A stretch of DNA of 64,000 bases from Haliotis rubra (taxonomy: Eukaryota), in NCBI RefSeq assembly GCF_003918875.1, contig NW_025766959.1, forward strand, positions 248,001 to 312,000, written 5' to 3'. This document shows, piece after piece, positions 51,241 through 64,000 of this stretch. Both the position numbers and the translations under genes were made by a program. The notes under the pieces were generated by a model. The model was not told where the DNA came from, ran no database searches, and was given only the letters and a program-made list of their open reading frames with translations. Each line of letters begins with the position of its first letter. Positions within the stretch are counted from its first letter, which is position 1.

Positions 51241-53005
51241 ACCCCACCCCTTAACAGCATACCAACTCCAAACCCCACCCCTTAACTGCACAATTCCAAA
51301 CCCCACCCCTTAACAACACACCAACTCCCAACACTAACCCTCCCCACCCCTTAACAGCACACCAACTCCATACCCCACCCTTAACAGCACATTAACTCCA
51401 ACCCAACCCCACCCATTAACAGCACACTAACTTCAACCCTCACCCCTTTACAGCACACTAACACCCAACCCTACTCCTTAACAGCACAACAACTCCCAAA
51501 CCCCACTACTTTACAGTACACCAACTCCGAACCCCACCCCTTAACAGCACAACTCCCAAGCCCATCCCTTAACAGCACAACTCCCAAGTCCACCCCTTAA
51601 CAGCACAACTCCCAAGCCCATCCCTTAACAGGACAACTCCCAAGCCCATCCCTTAACAGCACAGCTCCCAAGTCCACCCCTTAACAGGACAACTCCCAAG
51701 CCCATCCCTTAACAGCACAACTCCCAACCTCACCCCTTAACAGCACAACAACTCACAACCCCAACCCTTAACTGCACAACAAGTCCCAATCCTCACCCCT
51801 TAACAGCACACCAGCTCCCAACCCCACCCCATAACAGCACAACAACTCCTAACCCCACCCCTTAACAGCACACTCCCAACTCCCAACAACCCCCCTTAAC
51901 AGCACAACAACTGCAAGCCCTCACCCCTTAACAGCACAACAACTCCAAACCCCACCCCTTAACAGCACACCAGCTCCCAACCCCAGCCCTTAACAGCACA
52001 ACAACTCCATACTCCATCCTTAACAGCACAACAACTCCAAACCCCACCCCTTAACAGCACAACAACTCCAACCCTCACCCCTTAAGATCACAAGAATTCC
52101 CAACTTCACCCCTTAACAGCACAACAATCACAACCCAGACCCTTAACAGCACAAGTCCCAACCCTCACCCCTTAACAGCACACCAGCTCACAACCCCACC
52201 CTATAACAGCACAGCAACTCCAAACCTCACCTCTTAACAGCACACCAGCTCCCAACCCCACCCCTTAACAGCACAACAACTCCAAACCCCACCCCTTAAC
52301 GGCACAACAACACCAAACCCCACCCCTTAACAGCACAACAACTCCAAACCCCATCCCTTAACAGCACACCAACTCCAACCTTCACCCCTTAACAGCTCAC
52401 CAGCTCCCAACCCCACCCCTTAGCAGTACAACAACTCCAAACCCCACCCTTAACAGCACACCAGCTCCACCCCACCCCCTTAACAGCACACCAGCTCCAA
52501 CCCTCGCTTAACAGCACACCGGCTCCCAACCCCAACCCTTAACAGCACAACAACTCCAAACCCCACCCCTTAACTGCACACCAACTCCCCCCCTTAACAG
52601 CACACAACTCCCAACCCCAACCCTTAACAGCACACCAACTCCAAAGCCCCACCCCTTAACAGCACACCAACTCCAAACCCCACCCGTTATCAGCACACCA
52701 ACTCCCAGCCCTCACCCCTTTAACAGCACACCAACTCCCAGCCCTCACCCTTTAAGAGCACACCAACTTCCAACCCCACCCCTTAACAGCACACCAACTC
52801 CAAACCCCACCCCTTAACTGCACACCAACTCCCACCCCTTAACAGCACACCAACTCCCAACCCCACCCCTTAACAGCACACCAGCTCCCCCCTTAACAGC
52901 ACACCAACTCCCAACCCCCCCCCCTTAACAGCACACCCACTCCCAGCCCACCCCACCCCCACCCCACGTCCTTTAACAGCACACCAACTCCCAACATCCA
53001 CCCTA
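51241..53005. repeat. About 31-bp C-rich minisatellite, roughly 55 degenerate copies
   Basis: Unit approximately accccaccccttaacagcacaccaactccca. Confidence 0.95.
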
Positions 53006-54249
53006 AGGTACCGTTGACACTTGTCGTTCAAAGAGAAATCACTGGGTTTCAGGACTGCAACGCTGGTTTGCGGGAAATTCAGAAAGTATCATATGTAAGT
53101 ATATGTGATCTATTTACAAAGAACTGTTACTCCGAAATGATCAAAACAGCTCCTTGGCAACCGATAGTAGTTCTTCAAATGAAAACAAATCACAAATAAA
53201 TTAATGTTTGGCTCATTATACTGAGTACACAGCTGATAATATATGAGTCCATTCATAGCATACTGCCTACATTGTTCTTATTCAAAATGTCGTAAAATAT
53301 ATTAATTGATAAATCCTTGTTTTGTTAGACGTGAAGTCGATTCTTATCTGTTAGGTTATTGTCAACTCTTGGTATGAGTGAGGGAATGTTCTTGTAGGCA
53401 ACTTCTAGATATAGTCCATCAATATCAAGGCGGGTTACAGAAAGGTTATGTACAAATATATACAAGTTTAAAAAGGCGTTTTCGGATAATATTTTATTCA
53501 CACACTTCATATTTTGTTAGTGAGTCTACTTTATAAGGAGTTATATGTAGCCACCATTTTTATCTGAGTCGGTGTACAAGTTTCACTTTGTCTCTCGCGT
53601 ACCCGTCTCAACCGACCTTGCGGTGCGGTGAGCGTTGACGAGGGTCAAAGCTGCAGGGAGCGGTGGAATGCGGGGAACGGGTCCATTAATGGACATGTGT
53701 AGTAAACTATGTCACAGAATAAACAGTCACGGTTGTGTCAACCTCCAAACTTGTGGATCTGCAGCCATGGTTGCAGAGTTGTTGTTGTGCGTCCCTAGCA
53801 ACCACAGTGTCCACCATTCCCCTGTGGCACGTCGCCATTGACAGACCATACCCGCCGGACGACTTTCAGGTGTACTTATATCGGGCATAATAATACATTA
53901 ATATAACCACTGTGTACACTTAGAAATCGGTGAGAACCTTTGAAGGACACAACTTATGTTTAATGTATATATAATGTAATATATATTATGCATATAGTTT
54001 AAAATTGTGTATAATATTCTTTTCCATGGGTAGTTTATACAATATACAACTGACATATACAATATTCCCCTGTGGTTATTCTGAAAAAAATACTATCAAA
54101 GTGAAAACATGATACAAACTGATTTCCTTTTTAACTAATTCATGCATTTTGCATATGAAAATGTAAATCAATGCAATAATTCCAAAACCTAATATTCAAT
54201 AAGTAAAATTCTAGGTTGGCTTGGTCTGCAAATTGTACCAGTCAAAACG

Positions 54250-55117
54250 TCAAGCGACATTCAGTGTGTCTACTAACAGTTGTCCTGTGGTATAAGCGAC
54301 ATTCAGTGTGTCTACCAACAGTTGTCCTGTGGTATAAGCGACATTCAGTGTGTCTGCCAACAGTTGTCCTGTGGTATAAGCGACATTCAGTGTGTCTACC
54401 AACAGTTGTCCTGTGGTATAAGCGACATTCAGTGTGTCTGCCAACAGTTGTCCTGTGGTATAAGCGACATTCAGTGTGTCTACCAACAGTTGTCCTGTGG
54501 TATAAGCGACATTCAGTGTGTCTGTGGTATAAGCCAACAGTGTGTCGAGTGTGTCTACCAACAGTTGTCCTGTGGTATAAGCGACATTCAGTGTGTCTGC
54601 CAACAGTTGTCCTGTGGTATAAGCGACATTCAGTGTGTCTACCAACAGTTGTCCTGTGGTATAAGCGACATTCAGTGTGTCTGCCAACAGTTGTCCTGTG
54701 GTATAAGCGACATTCAGTGTGTCTACCAACAGTTGTCCTGTGGTATAAGCGACATTCAGTGTGTCTACCAACAGTTGTCCTGTGGTATAAGCGACATTCA
54801 TTACCAACAGTTGTCCTGTGGTATAAGCGACATTCAGTGTGTCTGCCAACAGTTGTCCTGTGGTATATTCAGCTACCAACACAGCGACATTCAGTGTGTT
54901 ACCAACAGTTGTCCTGTGTATAAGCGACATTCCAACAGTTGTCCTGTGGTATAAGCGACATTCAGTGTGTCTGCCAACAGTTGTCCTGTGGTATAAGCGA
55001 CATTCAGTGTGTCTACCAACAGTTGTCCTGTGGTATAAGCGACATTCAGTGTGTCTGCCAACAGTTGTCCTGTGGTATAAGCGACATTCAGTGTGTCTGC
55101 CAACAGTTGTCCTGTGA
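54250..55117. repeat. 42-bp tandem repeat, about 20 copies
   Basis: taagcgacattcagtgtgtct(a/g)ccaacagttgtcctgtggta. Confidence 0.97.
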
Positions 55118-55224
55118 TATAGTTTCCGAAAAACAAGGAAACTAATTCAGCTACCCTACATTCTGTTTATAGAAAGAACAATATCTAAGAGTGAGAGAAT
55201 ATGTGTTTACGCCTCTTTTTAGCA

Positions 55225-55383
55225 AAGTGTGTATGGTTTTACGCCGCTTTTAGCAATATTCCAGCAAAATCACGGCGGGGGACACCAGAAATGGGCTTCA
55301 TACATTGTACCCATGTGGGGATTCGAACCCGGTTCTTCGGCGAGACGAGCGAACACTTTAACCACAAGGCTCCCCCACCGCCT
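55225..55383 (-). mobile_element. SINE family A
   Basis: Homology to family A; flanking tatctaagagt duplicated. Confidence 0.8.
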
Positions 55384-55454
55384 ATCTAAGAGTAAGCACA
55401 CAAATGTGGTTATGTTGTGCTAAAACTAACAAGCTGTTGAAGTGAGTATAAATA

Positions 55455-55636
55455 TTGACTAATGAGGACAAGCGATACCCACGGCATCGACCAACACAGC
55501 AGCCGGCTATGTCAACCACGTGTTCAGGAACAAGCCCAAGTACTTTTCATGAAGGACTCTACAATCTACAATCTACAATCAAGGTCATTATTTGCGATGT
55601 ATTCGGAGAACCAGTTAATCATAAGAGGCAAATAGA

Positions 55637-55685
<49 letters not shown>

Positions 55686-56294
55686 GTGTGTGTGTGTGAA
55701 TATAGTTATTATTAAACATATTATAAATATAGTATTTGTATCACAGAAAAACAATTCAGGCACTGAGGTGTTGATAGTGTCTTACAGTAATTGTTGTTAA
55801 ACGGTCCAAATAAAAACTCATATCTCATTATAAACTGGCATCGCGTGCTGCTAATAGCAAAATCAATTCACAAGCTACGGCGGGCGAACAGTCCGGTATT
55901 CTGGTGGCAGTATGCAGGAACGTCGCTTTAATTCAACCCAACAATAGTCGGGTTGAAAAAAACCTCGATTTAATCGATAATTGGTGACGTTGAATGGAAT
56001 CAAAGACGCCGACGAATGCTGTGTTTGGGGTAACGGTGTACAATACAATGTATCCATTGCTGCCTCGCTGAAGGCGTTCTTGATATGCACAAGATAGTCG
56101 TGCTTGTCAATTTCACAAGACGCGACATGCTGCGTTGCTGTGGCGCGTTGCTATGTCGATGTGTGTGCGTGTGTGTGAGCTGCACTTTGCTTCAATCAGG
56201 ACCATGTTTCTGGAATTTATTAATACGACTCGACGTTTGTTTAAGGGCGATAGTAGTTTACTGGTGTAAAAGTTGTCAGCATATTTTGATGTGA
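55455..56294 (+). pseudogene. Possible highly diverged caveolin-like relic on the opposite strand
   Basis: KVIICDVFGEP (55581-55613) has the caveolin signature spacing. Downstream fragments CCVWGN and QSGPCFWNLLIRL...R occur in the expected order, with frame changes and a (TG)n in between. Confidence 0.35.
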
Positions 56295-56639
56295 TAGACT
56301 GAATTAGCTGACATACATCTGTAAGTCAAATCACCACCTTTATGTGAAAGACAACAGCATGTGTCATGTATAGGAGAAACAGAGCATATGAGGGGGATGA
56401 CGGGATGGGGGTGACTTAACTTCACTGATGTCACCACCAGGTGATATATAGTTGAAATCTACACATTTCGACAGGTGTTTATCACACTTAATGATCAGTT
56501 AGCACAACAGGCTGTACACCCTCCCCAACCAGGTGCACCGCTCGCTCGCCTCGTAATATGGCTGAAATAGTGCCGATGCGACGTTGGATAGATAGATAGA
56601 TAGACAGACAGACAGATAGATAGATAGACTGAATGACCG

Positions 56640-57443
56640 ACTGACTGAGTTTGGTTTTACGCCGCTTTTAGCAATATTCCAGCAACATCACGGTCTTCGG
56701 CGTGACGACAACGCTTTAACCACTAGGCTACCCCACCGCCCCAGAGTTTGGTTTTAATAGCAATATTCCAGCAACATCACGGCGGGGGACACCAGAAATG
56801 AGCTTCTCACATTGTACCCATGTAGGGATTCGAACCCGGGTCTTCGGCGTGACGAGCCAACGCTTTAACCACTAGGCTACCCCACCGCCCCGATAGATAG
56901 AGTTTGACTGAGTTTGGTTTTTACGCCGCTTTTAGCAATATTCCAGCAACATCACGGCGGGGACACCAGAAATGGGCTTCACACATTGTACCCATGTGGG
57001 GATTCGAACCCGGGTCTTCGGCGTGCCGAGCCAACGCTTTAACCACTAGGCTACCCCACCGCCCCGATAGATAGAGTTTGACTGAGTTTGGTTTTTACGC
57101 CGCTTTTAGCAATATTCCAGCAACATCACGGCGGCGAAATGGGACACCAGAAATGGGCTTCACACATTGTACCCATGTGTTTTACGCCGGGATTCGGAAC
57201 CCAGAAATGGGTCTTCGGCGTGCCGGGTCTTCGGCAACGCTTTAACCACTAGGCTACCCCACCGCCCCGATAGATAGAGTTTGACTGAGTTTGGTTTTTA
57301 CGCCGCTTTTAGCAATATTCCAGCAACATCACGGCGGGGGACACCAGAAATGGGCTTCACACATTGTACCCATGTGGGGATTCGAACCCGGGTCTTCGGC
57401 GTGACGAGCCAACGCTTTAACCACTAGGCTACCCCACCGCCCG
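56640..57443 (-). mobile_element. Head-to-tail tandem array of about 5 family A SINEs
   Basis: Repeated unit of about 175-200 bp made of the SINE plus a gatagatagagtttgactgagtttgg spacer. Confidence 0.9.
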
Positions 57444-58262
57444 GATAGATGGATTAGTTACGTATTCCGCAACAATTTCAACATATTTTTTAAATAAATA
57501 GAACACTGATAGTGTTCAGCTCATTATTTCGGTATGTATAACATACAGATGCATTATAGCATAAAAGCATGGGTGAGCGATTAAATCCGCCTGCCATAGT
57601 GTATTACAGCTTGAATGTTCCTGTCCAACCTTTCCTAACCCTGTCTCACCGTGGTGCAATATGCACCGCCTTGCCTACATGTGTCAGCTCACAGTGGGAC
57701 TGGAGGTCGATATTCAGTATTCATCAGGGTCACAAACAACCTATTGACACAACATTCTCCAGGATCTCTACAGGGTTTATGTTTGGCAAAATCACCATGC
57801 TCACAGAACAACACCAGCCCTTTCAATTTACTTCCCTACGCTCTGTTTGTCTCCAAACAAAGCCAGTAGTCGAGCCTCCAGTGAGCCACTGCGTCCTTAA
57901 GCAATAGACAAATATCTCTATACGTAGTGGGTCTGAAGTCAGCTGTGAGGACATGCCATAATTAAAGAAATGACCCTTTATGAAAACATAAACTTCGCAG
58001 CTAACCATTGCCAAAATTGTTTACCTCATTCCATTGTGATTGTTCCTGTGTAGGGCTAACGCCCATGAAAATGTAATAGGCCGGTAGTAAAATGTATATA
58101 TATAATACATCTTGTGTATGTATTGGTATTGACAATACTACAAAAGAACAACAAAATCAGACTATTTTTAATAATTTTATGTTTACATTGAAGTTATAAG
58201 TCATCTATCACACATTCCGTGCAAGCAATGTGTTTCTGTAGAGTGTACAGGGACATAAGCAT

Positions 58263-58447
58263 GGGTGAGTGAGTGAGTTTAGTTTTTACGCCGCACTCAG
58301 CAATATTCCAGCTATGGTGTGGTGGTCTGTAAATACAGATACGATGACATGTGTCAGCCAAGTCAGCGAGCCTGACCACTCGATCCCGTTAGTCACCTCC
58401 TACGACAGGCACGGGTTGCTGAGTACCAAAGACGGATCTTCACGGGT
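58263..58447 (-). mobile_element. SINE family B (internally deleted)
   Basis: Starts acccgtgaag; TSD gacataagcat. Confidence 0.8.
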
Positions 58448-59963
58448 GACATAAGCATAACTAGTGCGTGCCTCGCTTCATGCAGTCTGGGTACGATACC
58501 ACGCCAAGTCAGCCAGCTCTCGGATAAGGGACCATTAAGCCAGCAAAGAACTCTGTGTGTCTGTGTGTGCGTATGTGCGTACGTGCGTGCTAGTGTGTGT
58601 TGCCTGTAATATTTTTCATGGAACACACAAGCTGGTGAGTGATATCAGAACGGCAATCTCGCCTGACCACCCACCCATGGTCTTGATTTGTTCACGCTAA
58701 GCTTGCTGGGAACCTATTTCAGACCAGAATCCACATGGGCTGATTCATTCATTCATTCATTTATCTAAACATTCTCCTATCCATCCATCCATACATATAT
58801 CCACCTATCCATTCATTCATTCATTCATTCATTTGAAGTTATATCCTTGTTATAAGTGACCAGCTATTGGTCCTCGGTGTACTTGCTGTGGAGATTGGCA
58901 GGATCAAGTTAGTGAGCATGTGCTGTTTTACGCCGCACGCATCAACAAGCTGTCGACCATCTCAGGGTGGACTTTACAGATTCAAAGAGGGATCTGACAA
59001 TTCATTGGTTACAGGGGAACGGTTCAGCCTTCACGGGGTAGGATAACACGCCATCAGTAACGGTATTCTTTGCAACATCCGACAGGCAACATGTGACTGA
59101 CAACTAATCTGAAATCGCTTTCATAATAATAGGAACAGTAAACACATTAAGTTTACTAAACATGGGCTGTAAAATAACAAAGAATCTCTCTTTCCCAAAC
59201 ATCTGCTATCAAGAGGCATTAACTGCATTTCATGTTCCACAATGGAATTGCCCTATAATGTACTGGGTTAAGAAAAACACGTCTCTCCAAGTATGAATGA
59301 CTGCAGATCCCCAGCTATTCAGACATATCAGTTATGTATATGAAAAAATGATCATCATCAATATCCAGGCTAATCTGTGCTGATGGAATTCACGACAAAC
59401 GCGGTACTTCCCCACGCGTCGGGACAACCCGGCTAAAACTACACTTATCATAAGTCTTTATCTCCAGGGCTCTTTGTGGAGCAAATCGAATAGTCGTGTT
59501 CGCTGTGATGCTATCGGTCCTTGAAAACTCAAAAGCCCGTGGCTTACAAATGGGTATTGTATTGACAGGAAGTACATCCATGCCCTTGAGGATTCTGGGA
59601 AACAGTTGAAGCCCAGCCTTAAATCAATGGCAGATACTGAGCTTGAAATAGCTGGCGATAATGGATAATTCGGTGATGTTTATGCAGTGCCAATTCAAGC
59701 AATTATTGTTTTCTTATGGATGTGTTATCGTAACAGTGGTTAAATATAGTACTGTTACGTTGACCTATTTATTAGGAAGGTTTTATATTCAGAATACTGA
59801 GGGTCGTATAAACATTTTGATATATCTTATCCAAAATTCGGTCCCATTGGCGTCCTTAGCCTCCCAGCACCATACCTCCCCACCAGCACCCCACCACAAC
59901 CAACACCACCAACACCACCACACAAACACACACACCACCATCACCAGATTTAATTTAAGTACT

Positions 59964-60222
59964 ACCTGTGAAGGTCCGGGTTAGAATATCGATCTTCAGT
60001 AACTCATGCTTGTCGTAAGAGGCGACTAACGGGATCGGGTGGTCAGGCTCGCTGACTTGGTTGAAACATGTCATCGGTTCCCAATTTTTGCGTAGATCGA
60101 TGCTCATGATGTTGATCACTGGATTGTCTGGTCCAGACTCATGCAGTTATTTACAGACCGCCGCCATATAGCTGGAATATTGCTGAGTGCGGCGTAAAAC
60201 TAAACTCACTCACTCACTCACT
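59964..60222 (+). mobile_element. SINE family B, full length
   Basis: Starts acctgtgaaggtccggg; TSD tttaagtact; (CACT)n tail. Confidence 0.88.
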
Positions 60223-62848
60223 AGTTTAAGTACTGTCTACAGTGCTATACCGTCATATAGCTGGAATAGTGCTGAGTGCAGCGTAATACTAAACTCACCC
60301 ACTCACTCACTACAGTGAAACATGAAAATATGGTAGAAAGACCATAAACATAAGAAATATATTCCTAGTATCTCCAAATATCTAGAATTTCGTTTATTTG
60401 TGGGTGTAACAGCCTAGACAATTAAGTCCCCCGAGTAGGCTAGCTAGTCTGGTCTAAAGAGGCGAGCGGTGTTTATAGTAAGGAGGGCTCAGATAATGGG
60501 ATATCGATCTTCACGCACGTATTTACTTTGGAGTACGTCATTAAGGGTAATTTAAGGTTTTGCGATTGTTTAACAGTGATATAAAACTGTAGGGGTGGGG
60601 GTGTGGGTGTTATTAATGGGAACAGCTGACACGTATGTTAACAATGTACTATCATACCCCGAATTGTTTTACTTTTTCTGTCGCTTTTATTCAGGGTTTC
60701 TCACCAACTGATTCTATATGTACCCGGACTAATGACAAATACCTTACCTGTTCTTATGTCGGTAAGATACGACTATTTCTGAAGAGCTGTAAATGTATTT
60801 TGTCAAAGTAAGATAATATATGTTTTGAACCTTTGAACCAAACTGAAATATATTCAATTTACAAAATACAATGAAATAATTATAATATAGCATTTGAACC
60901 AAAATCATAAGTTACGAATCAATTACTAGCTTCTGTTAAGAGATATGTAGATCTGCATGGTTTACTCTTCGTTGGTAACGGCCATTCATCAAGCAGACCC
61001 AGGCAAGCACACCCGGCTGAATCGACTTCGATTGATTGACGTGTTGTTGTGATATTGACAAACATTCAGCGCCTTGGTGACAGGAAAACGCTGCGGGTCA
61101 AATTACCATATAAAAAAGTAGTTCGCCGCGTGGGGTAGCACTACATATGAAGGCAGTGTGAGCTTGGCGCTGAAATCAATGAGCATGATAGTCAGCCCGA
61201 ACTATAGCACAGTTAAACGGAGGTCGGGCTGATATGGGTTCAATACACTGGGCACGTTTAAGACATATCACATTGTTAGTGTTCTATATATAGTGTGTGG
61301 ATTTGACTGTGAGCAGTTAAAATATAGTTTACCCTTAAAAGACCAACGCAAATTAAAGACAACCCAACACATTGCATCAAACATGGATAAAACGATTATT
61401 AAATGGATCTCTTATATTTTTATCTTGATATTTTTGTTAAGACGAGAAATAATTATGCATGGGTAACCCTGTTTTTCAGAATAGTCTGATACATCGTTTT
61501 ACATTGAAATGACATCCATATATCGAATCATGTTCGAAATGCAGATTCTATAAGAATATGAAAATACTGGCTTGGAATTATTTTTACGATACCTGCCTGA
61601 TGAATGCAAATTTATTTGGTCCCAGTTTAGACTGTTTTTGTCACCGTCTACCATTTGAGACAGGTAGAGTGTATAGTGTAACACTATCTGATAAGAAATG
61701 TAATTCATGGCGGTATGTGAAATTATAACCCAGATTATTACCATATTTGTTTAACTGTCAGTATTTTAATGTTTTACAAAAGAAATTACTCATGCATGCA
61801 ACACTCGCTGAACATCTGTATTTAAAATGATCGGTTTATTTCAAAGCAAGAATGTTTCACTTTTGATCCAATCGTCAAACTTTTGTAGTTCAATTCGTTG
61901 TAAATTTAAGTTGAAATATTGTCACCATTTTATATTATATTCACCTCTATTGACTCCTTATTGTGCTATGTATATAGCCTTGTGCGAAAATAAAGGTCAG
62001 CTCAGATCAGACACGCTGCAAAGAGTTGTATCGTCTTGAGATACCATGAACGGTATCAATAAAGTCGACGTATTGCACAAGACGCTGAAATATCGTGGCT
62101 ATATTAGAAGCTTTAAAGTGTACTCTGTATAGCCGTTCAAGCCGATATATCGGATAAGTCGAAGGTTTGTGATCCCCAAATACATAAGTTTGCCGCAGTG
62201 AGTCGAAGAATGTATTTTAACGATTGACTGGAGGTGTATATTTCACACTGGGTATATCGAGATGTCATCCCAAACAGCTCTGTTCAGTTCTCATTAAGTC
62301 GACAAATTAGTCGTGTGATCAACGATAACAACCGAAACTCGAGAAACGCATTGCGTCACAGAGATGGAGTTAACACATCGCCAACAATACCCTTATAGTC
62401 TGTCTGTCCGCCCGTCTGTCTGTTTGTCAGTCTGTTACCTGTGAAATGTACCTGTATACACCTTACTAGACTAACAACTGGTCTCTGAAATGAACATATT
62501 TTACAACAACAACAAAACAGTTCATTAAAAAAATTATAATGAAAAGGAGCCCTGAGACTTTCTTCATAAACTGTGGTAATCTAGACTAGCATGGGCTTTC
62601 TTGGATATATTTGTTTCGGGGTCTGTATGACAGACTAACACATTAGGAACTGTTGAGCTATTCATCGTCAATAATCTCACTGATGGCAGTCACTCGTGTT
62701 GTCACCACAGAGTGATATACTGAAGGACAAAAAAAAGGGATCACATGAAAGCACAAGTGTTCCTTTATTTTTTTCCAGGTTTCTTCACAAGCGTTGTATC
62801 GTATAGCTTGTAAAGAAACTTTGAAAAAAAATAAAGGAACACTTGTGC

Positions 62849-64000
62849 ATCAATCAATCAATGCTTTATTGTTTTCAAGGCCATATGACCCATAATACAT
62901 TGTTACATTTTTGTTCATTAATTGCCAGCATGAGTTTCAAAGATCAAAGATATTCTCCTCTTATGCGAAACACATTATACAGATATTTTCCCAGCATAAA
63001 CAAGTGGGTACAATCAGTAGAAATCAATAATGATTTTAAATTATCGATATTTTTGGTATGAGTGGATATACATGGAACATCATTACGAAATTCTTTGTAC
63101 AGAGGACAATGATATATAATGTGACATTCATCTTCGGTAACTTTACAAAGAGAACACATAGAATCTTTATCTTGATAATCACTTAAGTCTTTTCTAATAC
63201 ACTGTATGCCTAATCGGTTGAAGCAACATCTAAATAAGAGAAGCGCTTTTCTATATTTGATATCTTTAACATTGTATATGTACAATTCTGGAGAAAGTGA
63301 ATGTTTTATAAAAGAGTAGAATTGTAATGACGTTCTATCAGATAGCTCAGAATGCCAATCTTGCCTGGCGCAGTCAATCACTCTTTCTTTAAAAATATTT
63401 AAAAACATATCAATATCCCCTACCCCTTGTTGAATCCATACATGGCCAAACCCATAAGTAAATAATAGATGCATTATATTAGTTGCCCAATTAGACCGTT
63501 TTCTATTACACAATTGTTTCATCATAAGATACGATTGGTGAGGATATCTATATGACGGCATGGTGATTAATTTCAGCCAATATCTTATACAATTCTTGTA
63601 TGATTTCACATATAATGGATATCTCCCACACTCACCATACAAAGCAGCATTAGGAAATGACTTACTAACATTTAATAAATATCTGCAAAATGATCGGTGA
63701 ACAATTTCTAGCTGCTTCATTTCCTTGAATCCCCATATTTCGCTACCATACATTAAAATCGGTACAATTTTCGCATCGAATATCTTAAAGGCATCTGTAA
63801 TATCTATATTATATTTGCGAATAAGACATTTCAAAGGGAATAAGGCTTTGTTTGCTTGTTGCGATAAAACGGTACAGGCTCTTGTCCATACAAGCTTAGG
63901 GGTCATCATGATACCCAAATATTTATATGCATTAACTACTTCTATTTGTTCATCATTATAAGTCCACTTTTCATATCGTGATAATGGTCCCCCGTTTCTG
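62849..64000 (-). mobile_element. RTE-X-like LINE, 3' part (ORF open from the window edge to the stop at 62944)
   Basis: FDAKIVPILMYGSEIWG, ALYGECGRYPL and a C-terminal CSLC...EDECH...CPLY zinc knuckle; AATAAA followed by an (ATTG)n tail at about 62849-62870. Confidence 0.8.

Noticed and set aside
54216-55145. 220-235 aa repeat ORFs on both strands; superficially CRISPR-like periodicity
   Set aside because: Pure 42-bp tandem repeat with no unique spacers and no cas genes, in a eukaryotic context.

Overview
AT-rich animal genomic DNA, not prokaryotic. The repeat families suggest a mollusc, possibly a gastropod such as abalone; this is inference only. The dominant feature is a tandem array of two-exon caveolin genes on the minus strand between about 4.2 and 45.4 kb. 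Seven copies are intact: five near-identical 'class A' copies and two 'class B' copies. An eighth, degenerate copy sits at 4.2-5.1 kb, and a weaker caveolin-like relic lies on the plus strand near 55.5-56.3 kb. All intact genes have the same phase-0 intron (…NDHLK|V-x-FEDV) and encode minimal (127-132 aa), very Cys-rich caveolins. Class A exon 2 sequences are mosaic, consistent with gene conversion, and their promoters keep a fixed-spacing E-box/CCAAT module. The rest of the window is transposon and satellite DNA: Tc1/mariner elements (one with an intact DD34E ORF), R4/Dong-like LINEs in (TAA)n, L2, RTE-X and MULE fragments, at least four SINE families, foldback hairpins and several minisatellites. 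One SINE family has a precise 5' end with no A-box and a pseudoknot-capable head. All coordinates were read by eye, so repeat boundaries are approximate.
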